A stretch of DNA of 64,000 bases. Source: Chrysemys picta bellii (lineage: Eukaryota). Both the position numbers and the translations under genes were made by a program. The DNA lies in the NCBI RefSeq assembly GCF_011386835.1, contig NC_088798.1, forward strand, positions 108,066,001 to 108,130,000, read 5' to 3'. Shown here one piece after another: positions 1 to 11,337 of the stretch. Numbering within the stretch: the first letter of the stretch is position 1; each line of letters begins with the position of its first letter. The notes beneath the pieces are model-generated. The model ran no database searches. It saw nothing but the letters and a program-made list of their open reading frames with translations, and had not been told where the DNA came from.

Positions 1-1340
1 GCATAATTACATGCTATTGAATTATCACTTTAAGACCCAAACCTCCCCACCCCAAGAGAACCCTTGAAGCCTGCACAGAGCCCCACTGAAGACAAAGGGG
101 CTTCGTGTACATCAGCTTGCAGGATCAGGCCCCAAAAGGCTTCAACTTCCTAAAAATCTCCACACAGCAAAGAGAATCAGGTTTTTGCCCCTAGAAAGAC
201 CATAAGACAAGTGATAAAAATAATGCTTTCAAATGGACAATCAGGGTTCAACTCACCCACCTTTTTTTTGGTATAAAGGAGAGACAACAGCACTAGGGAT
301 TATAAGAAGCTGCATTAAAAACAAGAAAGAATTGAATGCCTTGAACCTTATGCTTCATATTACTAACAATATAGGAGAGAAAGGATTTGTGGAATTCAGT
401 GCAGGATTATTCCAAAATAGCTATAAGGCAACTTTTCTTTTTAAGCTTGTAAAAAGAAGTGCAGAAACAGTCAACTACTGTCAACTACTCTTTGCATTGT
501 AAACAATGATGTATCAACATGCTAATGCACCGAGACAATTTCTCTGTTTAAAAAAATTACATTAAGATAATTCTTTTAAAAAACAAAAGCAGTTGTATCC
601 CATGCAAGAATTCAATTGATTTAAAAAATAAAACTAACACTGAGGATATTGGTCTATCGATGACTGTTCATTTACTGGTCTCTTTTGGTTGTGTTCCAGT
701 AAGGCATATAACAGATCACACCATGGCTTTCTAAAGAGATCACGAGCATGTGACAGGGTTATGCTGCCAACAAACAAGTAACATAGCTTGCCAAAGAATG
801 GTCTTGAAATTATAAATGCTTGAAAAGTATTAGCTGAACAATTAGAAATCGAGTGCTTATGCCACAAAATAGGAAGGAATTCTTAGAGAAAGACTTCAAC
901 TGGTCTTAGCAAATACACTGTGTAGTACAATGATTCAAACTGGAATTCTAGATGCATCTAGAACTATCCTTACATCTAGGAATGAAGTTGGGATTTGAAT
1001 ATCCAGGAATTAGAGGTTGGAGGGGCTAGGGTATACAAAGAAGAATGTACACACTTCACAATAAAGCATAGTTCTTACTTTGCAAAACATCCACTGTAAG
1101 GGACAAGGTTTATCAAACAAAACCCATTCATTGGCTTTCCATCACTGCATTATTAGCTCAAGGTATAACTCTAGCCTTGCCCCTTAATCAACTCCTGTTT
1201 ACATACAAAAAAATCAAGATATAGAGTGAAGTGATGCTTTAACTTTAACTCTTGCTCCATGGCAGGCCAGCTAAAGCTCAAATGCTGTTGATGCTTGAAC
1301 TAGTAATACAGTGGGATCTCCTCTAACCAATAATCATTCT

Positions 1341-2765
1341 GTGGCTATTAGCCAGGATGGACAGGGATGGTGTCCCAAGCCTCTGTTTTCCAGAAGCTGG
1401 GAATGGGTGACAGGGGATGGAAAACAGAGGCTTGGGACACCATTCCTGTCCATCCTGGCTAATAGCCACTGATGGACCTATCCTCTATGAACTTATCTAG
1501 ATCTTTTTTGAACCCTGTTATAGTCTTGGCCTTCACAACATCCTCTGGCAAGGAGTTCTACAGGTTGACTGTGCATTGTGTGAAAAAAATACTTCCTGTT
1601 TTGTTTTAAACCTGCTGCCTATTAATTTCATTTGGTGACCCCTAGTTCTTGTGTTATGAGAAGGAGTGAATAACACTTGCTTATTTACTTTCCCCACACC
1701 AGTCATGATTTTGTAGACCTCTATCACATCCCCCTCTTAATTGTCTCTTTTCCAAGTTGAAGAGTCCCAGTCTTATTAATCTCTCCTCATACGGAAGCCA
1801 TTCCATACCCCTAATCATTTTTGTTGCCCTTTTCTGAACCTTTTCCAATTCCAATATCTTTTTTGAGATGGGGCGACCACATCTGCACGCAGTATTCAAG
1901 ATGTGGGTGTACCATGGATTTTTATATAGGCAATATGGTATTTTCTGTCTTCTTATCTATCCCTTTCTTAAGGATTCCCAACATTGTTTGCTTTTTTGAC
2001 TGCCACTCCGCATTGAGTGGATGTTTTCAGAGAACTATCCACAATTACTCCAAGATCTCTTTCTTGAGTGGTAACAGCCAATGTAGAGCCCATCATTTTA
2101 TATGTATCGTTGGGATTATGTTTTCCAATGTGCATTACTTTGCATTTATCAACACTGAATTTCATCTGCCATGTTGTTGCCCAGTCAGCCCGTTTTGATA
2201 GACCCTTTGCAGTCTGCCTGGGTCTTAACTATCTTGAGCAATTTTGAATCATCTGCAAATTTTGCACCTCACTGTTTACCCCTTTTTCTAGATCATTTAT
2301 GAATATATTGAATAGGACTGGGCCAAGTATAGACCCCTGGGGGACACCACTATTTACCTCTCTCCATTCTGAAAACTGACCATTTATTCCTACCCTTTGT
2401 TTCCTATCTTTTAACCAGTTACCAATCCACGAGAGGACCTTCCCTCTTATCCCATGACAGCTTACTTTGCTTAAGAGCCTTTGGTGAGGGATCTCGTCAA
2501 AGGCTTTCTGAAAATTTAAGTACACTATATCCACTGGATCCCCTTTGTCCTCATGCTTGTTGACCCCCCCTCAGAGAGTTCTAGTAGATTGGTGAGGCAT
2601 GATTTCCCTTTACAAAAACCATGTTGACTCTTCCCTAACAAATTACGTTCATCTATTTGTCTGACAATTTTGTTCTTCACTATAGTTTCAACCAGTTTGC
2701 CCGGTACTGAAGTCAGGCTTACTGGCCTGTAATTGCCGGGATCACTTCTGGAGCCTGTTTTAAAA
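1341..2765 (-). mobile_element. 5'-truncated CR1 LINE (ORF2 RT remnant) with fold-back 3' end
   Basis: Broken ORFs give RT motifs [46 protein letters not shown] and the CR1 C-terminal KCKVMHIG/ERDLGV; CR1 3' UTR sequence follows. Confidence 0.93.
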
Positions 2766-4381
2766 GCAGCTTCAGTGTTATTTTGCAGTGTGACTGCTCT
2801 CACTCAAGCTAGGCTAACTCAGGAGAAGTGAAGTCAAACCAACACTGCAACTAAGACAAACCCTTATTCATTTTTTAAAACAAGTTTATAAAACTTGCAT
2901 ATTTTCGATATCCTGCAAGCATCATCTACAGTTATAGTTTGTGGGGGATGGGGGGGTTTGTTTTTTGTTTTAAAAAACACTGTTATACCCTCCATCCAAG
3001 TCCTCATCCTCTGTACTAATACTACTTTTCAACCCACCCAAGCACATTGATTTCCTGGGAAACATTCTCAATCTACAGACTCCTATGGCTTCCACCACTG
3101 TAGTATCGGAGTACCTAACAAACATTGATATCCTCACAATGCACCTTCTCAATACATTGCTCTTTGCTATTGTGTGTTTGCTTACAGGCTTTCAAGTCAT
3201 GAGACACTGATTATACCCAAATCACGTATTATATCAAGGGCTTTACTCACATGTAGCTGTAATACAACTACTGCATTCCTTTCACAACCAATACTGCAAT
3301 CTGATAAAAAAAGTTATCAAATTTATCTCGCAAATCATCCAGATAAATACAGTGACCAAGTGACACTATTTTCCCCCTATATTGTGCTAAAGCAAGAATG
3401 CATTGGCTGTGACTAGATCAACGGAGCTCATTCCTAGACTCCATTGGCATATAGCAGGAAGAGCACATTGCAAAAGATAAAGAAACACAAATTTAAGATA
3501 GTTTCCAAAGTGGCTTCCTTTTTGCTGGGGATGCAAGAATTGCCAAAACTAAGGCTACCCCCTTCCATTCCACCCTGATAATAAATGGATAGGAAAAAAC
3601 TCTTGAGCTCAAGTAATCTAGAGTTTTGAAGAAGCTGAAATAATAGTTCAGATGGTAAAGCAATACTCCGTGGCCTCTCTTCCGGATCTAGTTAATTTTA
3701 ACCTGATTACACCTAGGCTATTATGCTGAAAAACCTCTTTACGTCAGCAAAATCTATTAAATGAGAGCTGACCAATTCAACAACTTGAAGTTTTTCACTT
3801 CATACATCTTTTAATAACCCCTTATTACATTCAGGCCAATATGCTGGCTAGTTATGTGATGGAGCTACCAACAGGTACTCTTCCAATCGCAAAAACCACT
3901 ACTCATTTTTAGTGCCCCGGCACTGGCTCAGATATTCTGCAGAGGCTATGCTGCAACATACTACGGTCTTCTCTACACTGCATCTTGATGTGCACAAGCT
4001 GGGATGTAAACTCTAGTGCACACCAGTGTGCTGTGCACTAACTGGCCCATCAATGCATGCTAGAAGTCCCCTACCATCCACTGATGTAGTTCCATTTCAA
4101 ACAGTACTATGTCAACATACACTAGAAAACTTTTAGTATGCACCAATCATGTTCACGCCACACTGGTGTGCATTAGAATTTACACCCAAGCTGGTCTGCA
4201 CTAACGCTTAGGGCTTGTCAACACAAAAACTGTACCACCTTAGCTATGCCTGTATAGTTAAAAACAGTACAAACCCCGAGTGTTGACACAGTTGGGAGAA
4301 TAAGATACACCTGCGTAAGGCACCTTCCTACTGGTATACTCGAGTCCAAAGTTGCGGGTATACTGCTTTAACTATTTAGGT

Positions 4382-4768
4382 TAGTGAACCACAAACGTTG
4401 GAGGGTTGTGGGCCCCCCCCCCCACCTCTGTCCTTGCCTCCCCCACCCTTGGAGCCGGGAGTGGGACTGCAGCTGGGGGGTGAGTGTAATATGAACGGGG
4501 TAAAGGGGCCATGGCTAGGGGCGGTTCTTGGAGCAGGGCCACGGTTTGGGGCAGGATCAGAGCCACAGCCAGGCTGCGGTGGGGGCCAGCAGCCAGGCCT
4601 GTGGCCAGCTGCAGCTCTGATCCTGGCCTTGCCACCAGCATTGGTCTCAGGCCAGGAAAGGAGCTGCAGTCAGTAGCCAAGGTTCGGGCCAGGGTGGTAC
4701 TTCCTCCCCACCCCCAAACAGTCCGTCATGCCCCCCGGGGGGGGGTCCCCACACTTTGGGGACCTCTG
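4382..4768. mobile_element. hAT-type non-autonomous DNA transposon (MITE)
   Basis: Degenerate TIRs (tagtgaaccacaaacgttgg / ccccacactttggggacctctg), 8-bp TSD ATTTAGGT/CTTTAGGT and a GC-rich interior. Confidence 0.7.
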
Positions 4769-4835
4769 CTTTAGGTTTAAAAAGCCACCCCACCCCACCC
4801 AAAATAGTTAAATCTGCACAGCTTAAACTAAAATG

Positions 4836-4958
4836 AAACAACAAGGAGTCCGGTGGCACCTGAGGTTTTTTACCCACGAAATCTTATGCCCAAATAAATC
4901 TGTTAGTCTTTAAGGTGCCACAGGACTCCTTGTTGTTTTTGTGGATACAGACTAACAC
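4836..4958 (+). mobile_element. Penelope-like element terminal fragment with inverted 5' piece; hammerhead 5' half missing
   Basis: cccacgaaatcttatgcccaaataaatctgttagtctttaaggtgccacaggactccttgttg... matches the other five copies in the window; 26-bp inverted arms at 4836-4861 and 4913-4938. Confidence 0.75.
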
Positions 4959-5921
4959 TGCTACAAGTTTTCCTGAGAATGGAATATGTTCATTCGTCTC
5001 TAGAAGAGATATTATGTAATGAGTTATACTACAAACCTTTTCCTAAATTAAAAAGAACTCCATATATTTTGTAAGGAGGCAGTATATTTTCTTGTCCTCT
5101 TCCCTCTGGATATTCTAGGATCACTCTACTTTAGTTTACTTTACGTGTTGTATCAAGGCAGCACCTAAGATTCCAGAAACTGTTTCCACTATAACCTTAC
5201 TTTCCGAATCTATTCCTTGGCTATAACATTTTAATCCAGTTTGCTCTATCTGAAGCCAAGTTCTGCCTTAGAAAAATAAAACAGAATTTTCACATTACAA
5301 AAAACTAAGCCTGAATAAACTCTGTGTGCAAAATTTTAGCTCCCTAAATAAACATTATTGTTTCAACTGCATACTGGGAACAATATTCAGATACATCTTA
5401 AACATATTTGAACCCAGTGGTCTGGAAAATCCCAACGTACAATAGCACAATTTTTTTTAATCTTCACCCTTTTATCAGACTACAGCCATTGAAGTTAATC
5501 AAAAGCAGCAGCTTTAAAGAACAGCAAAAACCCACTGCTGCCCCATCTTCTCCTGTTTCAGATTTTTCTCCCTGTCCTCTGATGAATTTGGATTACTAGA
5601 ATTTTGCTTTCCCACTCCCTGAATAGCCAATGAAGGATAACAAAAGATGCAGTTATCAACTCTCAGTATACTCAATTAGCTCATTACTTCTATTTGCCTT
5701 TAAGCTTTCAGCGAAGCAGAGTCACAACCTACAAACCCTTTTCTTTGATAAAGAGTTGGACCAAGTCAGAGGATCTCATATTAATGGCTACAGTCCACCT
5801 CCATTGGTTCACACTAAACTGTGCCAGACAAATTGCATACAAATAAAATTGTCACAATGGAACATCCAGGATAAGAGATATCTATATACGTCCGTCTCTC
5901 TTTTAACCTTTTTTTGGGGGG

Positions 5922-5977
5922 GTTGCCAAATGTGTGATCATCTACTTCAGTTTGCTGCTGTTTTCACAAATTAGCAG
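5922..5977. repeat. 56-bp perfect duplicate of 7984-8039, embedded in a G-tract
   Basis: Letter-by-letter identity of gttgccaaatgtgtgatcatctacttcagtttgctgctgttttcacaaattagcag at both positions. Confidence 0.95.
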
Positions 5978-6398
5978 GGGGGGGGGGGAGGGGGGGGGGA
6001 GAGAACTTAATTGAGACGGAGCTAAAAATACAATACAAATACCTTGTGGTGATCACTGAAGATAAATATTATTTTGTATTGCAAAGCTTGGCTGCCAATA
6101 TTATATACAAAGTAGGTTTTATTTTACTGCTTACTTAGAAGGACAACATGAAGTTTCCTCTCCTTTCGGAGGGATCATTTGTTAAAATGGTTCCACTAGC
6201 AGATCAAATATCAATTAAATCCTCAAAAGACAACAAGGAGGTTTCATTTGCATCATAGCCCCAGTTTCTAGTTTCTGCCTGCAAGTACAATGAAAAGAGG
6301 ATAATCTGAGATGAAACAATAAACTTTAAAACATTTAAATAATTTTTCACTATGATCCGATATAAAAACGTACAAATTAATGGGAAGATTCGTATATA

Positions 6399-6810
6399 CA
6401 GTAGAACCTCAGAGGAACGAACACCTCGGGAATGGAGGTTGTTCATAACTCTGAAACGTTTGTAACTCTGAACAAAACATGATGGTTGTTCTTTCAAAAG
6501 TTTACAACTGAACATTAACTTAATACAGCTTTGAAACTACTATGCAGAAGAAAAATATTGCTTTTAACAATCTTAATTTAAATGAAACAAGCACAGAAAC
6601 AGTTTCCTTGCCTTGTCAAAAAAAATTTAAACTTTCCCTTTATTTTTTTAGTAGTTTATGTTTATAAACCCCCAGTATTACTGTACAGTATTTGGTTTTT
6701 TTGGTGTTTGTTTTTTGTTTGGTTTCTGCTGCTGCGCTGCCTGATTGTGTACTTCCGGTTCCAAGTGAGGTGTGTGGTTGACCGGTCAGTTCGTAACTGT
6801 TGTTCTACTG
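6399..6810. mobile_element. Tc1/mariner (Tigger-like) MITE
   Basis: Termini cagtagaac... / ...gttctactg, flanked by TA on the left and TG (decayed TA) on the right. Confidence 0.7.
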
Positions 6811-7983
6811 TGCTATAATCTGATCATTGCAACTGCACCAAGTAAATTGTTATAATATATTTATACTATTTTGCATAATTAACCAAAAGAATTCTGTCAT
6901 TTTGACAGTTTAATGATGGAAAATAGGACTGAGAGAACCCAGATTCCAATTAGAAAATTTTGGATTTCTAAGTTTCCAAGTTATTACTAGTAAAACTATA
7001 TTATGATGTCACCAAAAAGATTATTGAATTTACCATGCAACAGCCTGAATGTTTAGTATTTTAAAGGCTTAATTGGAAAGCAGATGCTTTCAGCCTTACT
7101 TCGTACCATTATATGGTGACTAGAAAGCATCATGAAAAATGACAACTTTCTTTCATGCTTCAGAGATGCACATGCAGCTTCTACCAACTTCAGTGAGATC
7201 ACCATCTAAGGGGAGATTTTGACAGTGTCAAATTCATTCCAAAATTAATTTGAATATAGAAGTTTTAGAACCTCAATAGAACACAGCCCCCAAAACACTT
7301 CCTGTCCCTTGCCATTCTTCCACAGTGCTCCCCCCCAGTCCCACTTAAAAGACAAGAAATCCTATGTTGTGCATGTGGAACTGCATGTCAGGTGCCACTC
7401 TCAAGTGACAAATCAAATAAGGCTAATATCAGATGCTGTTTTGAGGGCAGGGATAGGGCAGACAACAAGGAGAGGAGGGTGTTTCCTAAGCCACAATCGG
7501 TCTTCTTATCATTGCTGCAGATTAATGAGGCTGAGCTGTGTATTTTAAGAGGTTTGAGAAATTCTAACTAATCCTGTCATTTTAACATTTCTAATTGTAT
7601 CCCAAATGGGCCAGCTATTTTCTGCTACACAATACATATGCAGTCTATATCAAACTGGTGAGGATGATATGAAATACACTTTACGAGTAGCATGACAACA
7701 TTTTAAAAAAAAATCTTCCTTAAAACACACAGACACACTCTACAGTGACCTGGTATCACACTAGCTGGGACCTAATGACAATCTGATCCCCGTCCAAACA
7801 GATTTTACTTATACTTATAGTATTCAAAAATACTATTCTACACAAAGTACTGGTTGTTAATGATTCATCAACCCTAAAACAAGTACATCCCTCCAGTGCT
7901 TCTAACGCAATTACATTAGCTTAGAACTGGAGTTGAAAGTGTCTCATAAGTGGCTATCTGCACACCTGCTAAATCAAATTGTA

Positions 7984-8039
7984 GTTGCCAAATGTGTGAT
8001 CATCTACTTCAGTTTGCTGCTGTTTTCACAAATTAGCAG
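7984..8039. repeat. Probable source copy of the 56-bp duplication
   Basis: Identical to 5922-5977, but flanked by ordinary unique sequence. Confidence 0.9.
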
Positions 8040-8474
8040 AGGTGCCCAAGATAAACCAGAAATAATGGAGTGTTCAACCCCAAAAGAGTGACTGGGAGGA
8101 GAATGCAACAAACATTGGGTAAACAACAAGTCAGGAGTCTGAAGTAGTGATGTGTGAGGAGGAGGATGCAGCCCTAAGAAAGTGTGGCCAAGTCTAAAGT
8201 TTTAATCATTGGGACATGCACAACTGTCCTAAAACATTATTAAGAGCAACTCTTCTAGAGACCAAAAACCACCTCGTCACAATCTAGACATTAAATATTT
8301 CTGCACTACCCCATCTTTATAATCCTTGCCCTTCAGGTACAGAGTAGGAGAGTCCCTTTTAAGGTCGCAAAATTCCTCAAAACTTTTAGTATGTGTTTTT
8401 ACACTGGCTTCACTTAGGCCTATTGACGGAATTATTCAGTCATGAAAGTCTCCGCTGTACTTGCAGATCTCAAA

Positions 8475-8724
8475 GGTTATGTCTACACTATGGTTGGGAA
8501 GTGATTCCTAGAGTGGGTAGACAGACTTACACTAGCTGGCACTGATGGCAGTTTGGGCTAGCCACCTGAGTCCAAGGTTCCCCAACCCCCTGGGTCTGAG
8601 CTCAGGTGGCTAGCCTATGGTGCAACGGCCACACGGTGATTTTTTGCATGCTAGCTCAAACTGAGCTTATGAGAGTCTATCTGGGCTGGGAATCACACCT
8701 CCCAGTTGCAGCATAGACATACCC
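8475..8724. mobile_element. Harbinger/PIF-type MITE
   Basis: TIR-like ends ggttatgtctacac / gcatagacataccc and an internally palindromic body (gggctagccacctgag / ctcaggtggctagcc). Confidence 0.65.
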
Positions 8725-9242
8725 ACAGTGATTGCCTAGTCTGGGAAATATCAAAGTAAATAACTTAATCAGTTGAAAGTAGATTAATTGAAACCTAGTT
8801 ATTTGGATTGCTTTCTTTAAACTTAGTACAGTCCCAATTGAGGACACCGAGGCAAAATTCCAAACCGACAATCTCCCTAAAAGAAGACACTCATTCAATA
8901 ATTTGGCTCTACTCTTCAGAAACAGGGTATGAAAAGGGAGAAATAAAATTAGTCTTTAAAGAAATTGTTGGACTTCTTCATTTGAGTGACCTTTGTAGTC
9001 CCAGATGCACTTCCATATCTGTCTAAGGAGCACATTCTCAAATGTGAAGGACTTAGCTAAACAATATCCACTTATTCCAGTTTGAGCTGGGAAGTTAAAG
9101 CCCTCACCCAAAACTAAAAATATACATCTCCTCTATCTTTATCCGTTTCCTCTGAATACCCATGACTGCAATGTCAGGAAGATGAGAGAGATGCTGCAAG
9201 AAAGATGGAGGTAGACCAATGAGAGAGCTGAACACATTAGTA

Positions 9243-11337
9243 TGCACATTGGTGGAATAATGGTAGGCGTTTGACACACCATCTTAGTCAGCTCTAGGAG
9301 AACCTCGTTAACAGGTAGATTCACCCTGGAGGGTGTTGCCAACTGCAAGATATCCATCAGCTTGTTTTGAGGATCCTTGACCTCCTCCAGCAGGATCTGC
9401 AGAGTATCTGCTACCCTTCTAATGAGGTCCTGAAACTGCCTGAAGTCATCAGCCATGGAAGGTGGTGGAGGCATAACCGTCTCATCCGGTGATGACGAAA
9501 TTGGAGTCTCAGGGGTGACTTCTTCATCTGCCCTAGCTTCCTGTTCTTCGAAAGTTTCCATCTGTGGTGGGGGGATCGGTAGGGGGCAGGATGTGAAACC
9601 CTGGTTTCCCTGAGGGATGGCACATGTGGTCTGTTAAATTGCTGCCAACAGGCAGCCCACAGGTCCCAATACAGCCATTATGGGGTCTGCAAAGATGCGG
9701 AGGTACATGCAAAGCTGGTTCCACCATCCTTCGTCACCTGCAAGGTCCTCCCTGTGGCTGGCTAAAGGCAGATTCCCAAAGGGTTACGTAGGAAAACCCC
9801 TCACTGGAACCAAGGAGACCTACTGGGAATTCTCTTCCTGCACATCCTCCCATGGGGGAGGTTGGGCAGCAAACTGAGGATGGAGGAGAACCCTGGGCCA
9901 TGTAATGGCTGCTCAGAGACAGAGGTCTCAGTAACAAGAGACATTCAGTACCTGTCAACAATGGGGACTCTGGTTCCTCCAACACTGAGAGGTGCCTCAA
10001 GTATAGGAATTCCCGATGACGATGGGCATACTGCAGGCATTGTAGATATCAGATGCCATTGCTTGCTCGGTACCAATGATACCACTTGCATAGGTACTCC
10101 CAGCTGAGCTGCTTGCATCAACACTGATGGCCGGATTGAGGCATGTGTCGGCACCAATGGCTCAGTAAGGTGCTTCAGGCTGAACTCAACGGTACTCTGT
10201 GCTTGTTCTCCTTACTGGTGGAGGGCATCGGTGCCCTATTGGAGCCATGCATCCTCTCCTTGGAGCTCTGGGGCTTCACAGGCCTGCTGCAACTGGAGAA
10301 AGAGTCCTCGGACTCAATGATACCTTCAGAGACCGATGACCTCACCAGGAATGTGGTCTTTTTTGGAGCAGGCTCCTTAGAGTGAGAGTCCGCGGTCCTC
10401 TTTTTGGGCGTCTTCCCAGTGGGTTTCATAGACTTTCCTTTCTCAGGGGAACCATGCCCTGAGATTGATGGGGCACTGGACTTGTCCGGGGACAGATGTA
10501 CCAGAGAGAGTGGGGGGGGGTTCCTGACCTGGCTTAGGATGTATTCCATGGTATATTCCCTGGCTAATAGTCTGAGCTTTATCTCACTGTTCTTCCTTGC
10601 CCTGGACATAAGGACCAAACAGAAGAATTACTTTTGGGAGACATGGGAATCCCCCAGGCAATGGACACACTTGGCGTGCCTGTTGCTTACCATAGAGCCT
10701 CCCAAGACGAGGTAGTGTTTGAACTCTGACAAGCCAGGCATGTCCTGCTAGGAGAAGACAATTCTCCTGGAGGGAATGGGGGGTGGGAGGGGAGAAATCC
10801 TCTCACTTAAAACTAACTATACTAAACACTAAGGGCTTGTCTTCACTACCAGGGTAAGTCAACCTAAGTTATGCTACTCCAGCTATGTGAATAACTTACC
10901 CCAGTATATTTGCTGCGCTGCATCGATGGGAGACGCTCACTGGTCGACTTACTTTACTCTTCTCAGGGAGCTGAAGCTATCAGATCCGAGTCGACTGGAG
11001 AGGGTCTTCACTAGACCTGCTAAATCGACACCAGCTGCATCAACTGCAGCAGCGTTGATCTCCCCTGTAGTGAAGACCAGCCCTTACTTACAACTTCCTA
11101 ACTGCAAGAAAAATCAGAAGGCTGAGTATGCTCTAGGTAGATGTGGTAGAGTTCTATCTCAGACGGTAGAGAAGAAACGGAGGGCAGCTTCGCACCTCTA
11201 TATAGCCTCAGGGTCTGCCATGAGGAAGTACAGGGCACACGTGCAGGACAAATGCTAGCTCGAAATCTCCAATCAAGGGCTCAAGAGGTGCATGCGCACC
11301 TGAAGTAGAGCACCCATAGGGACACTACTCGAAGAAG
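9243..11337 (-). mobile_element. DIRS-type (tyrosine-recombinase) retrotransposon, 5' LTR plus decayed gag ORF1; RT and YR absent
   Basis: The minus strand starts ttcttcgagtagtgtccctatgggtgctc (DIRS-like 5' terminus). ORF1 begins near 10742 (MPGLSEFK...CVHCLGDSH, then SRARKNSEIKLRLL). The C-terminal gag block DDFRQFQDLIRRVADTLQI...LPVNEVLLE...QTPTIIPP is present. Stops and frameshifts interrupt the ORF. Confidence 0.8.
10833..11083. mobile_element. Harbinger/PIF-type MITE nested in the DIRS 5' region
   Basis: TIRs gggcttgtcttcactac / gtagtgaagaccagccc, flanked by TAA/TTA. Confidence 0.75.
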
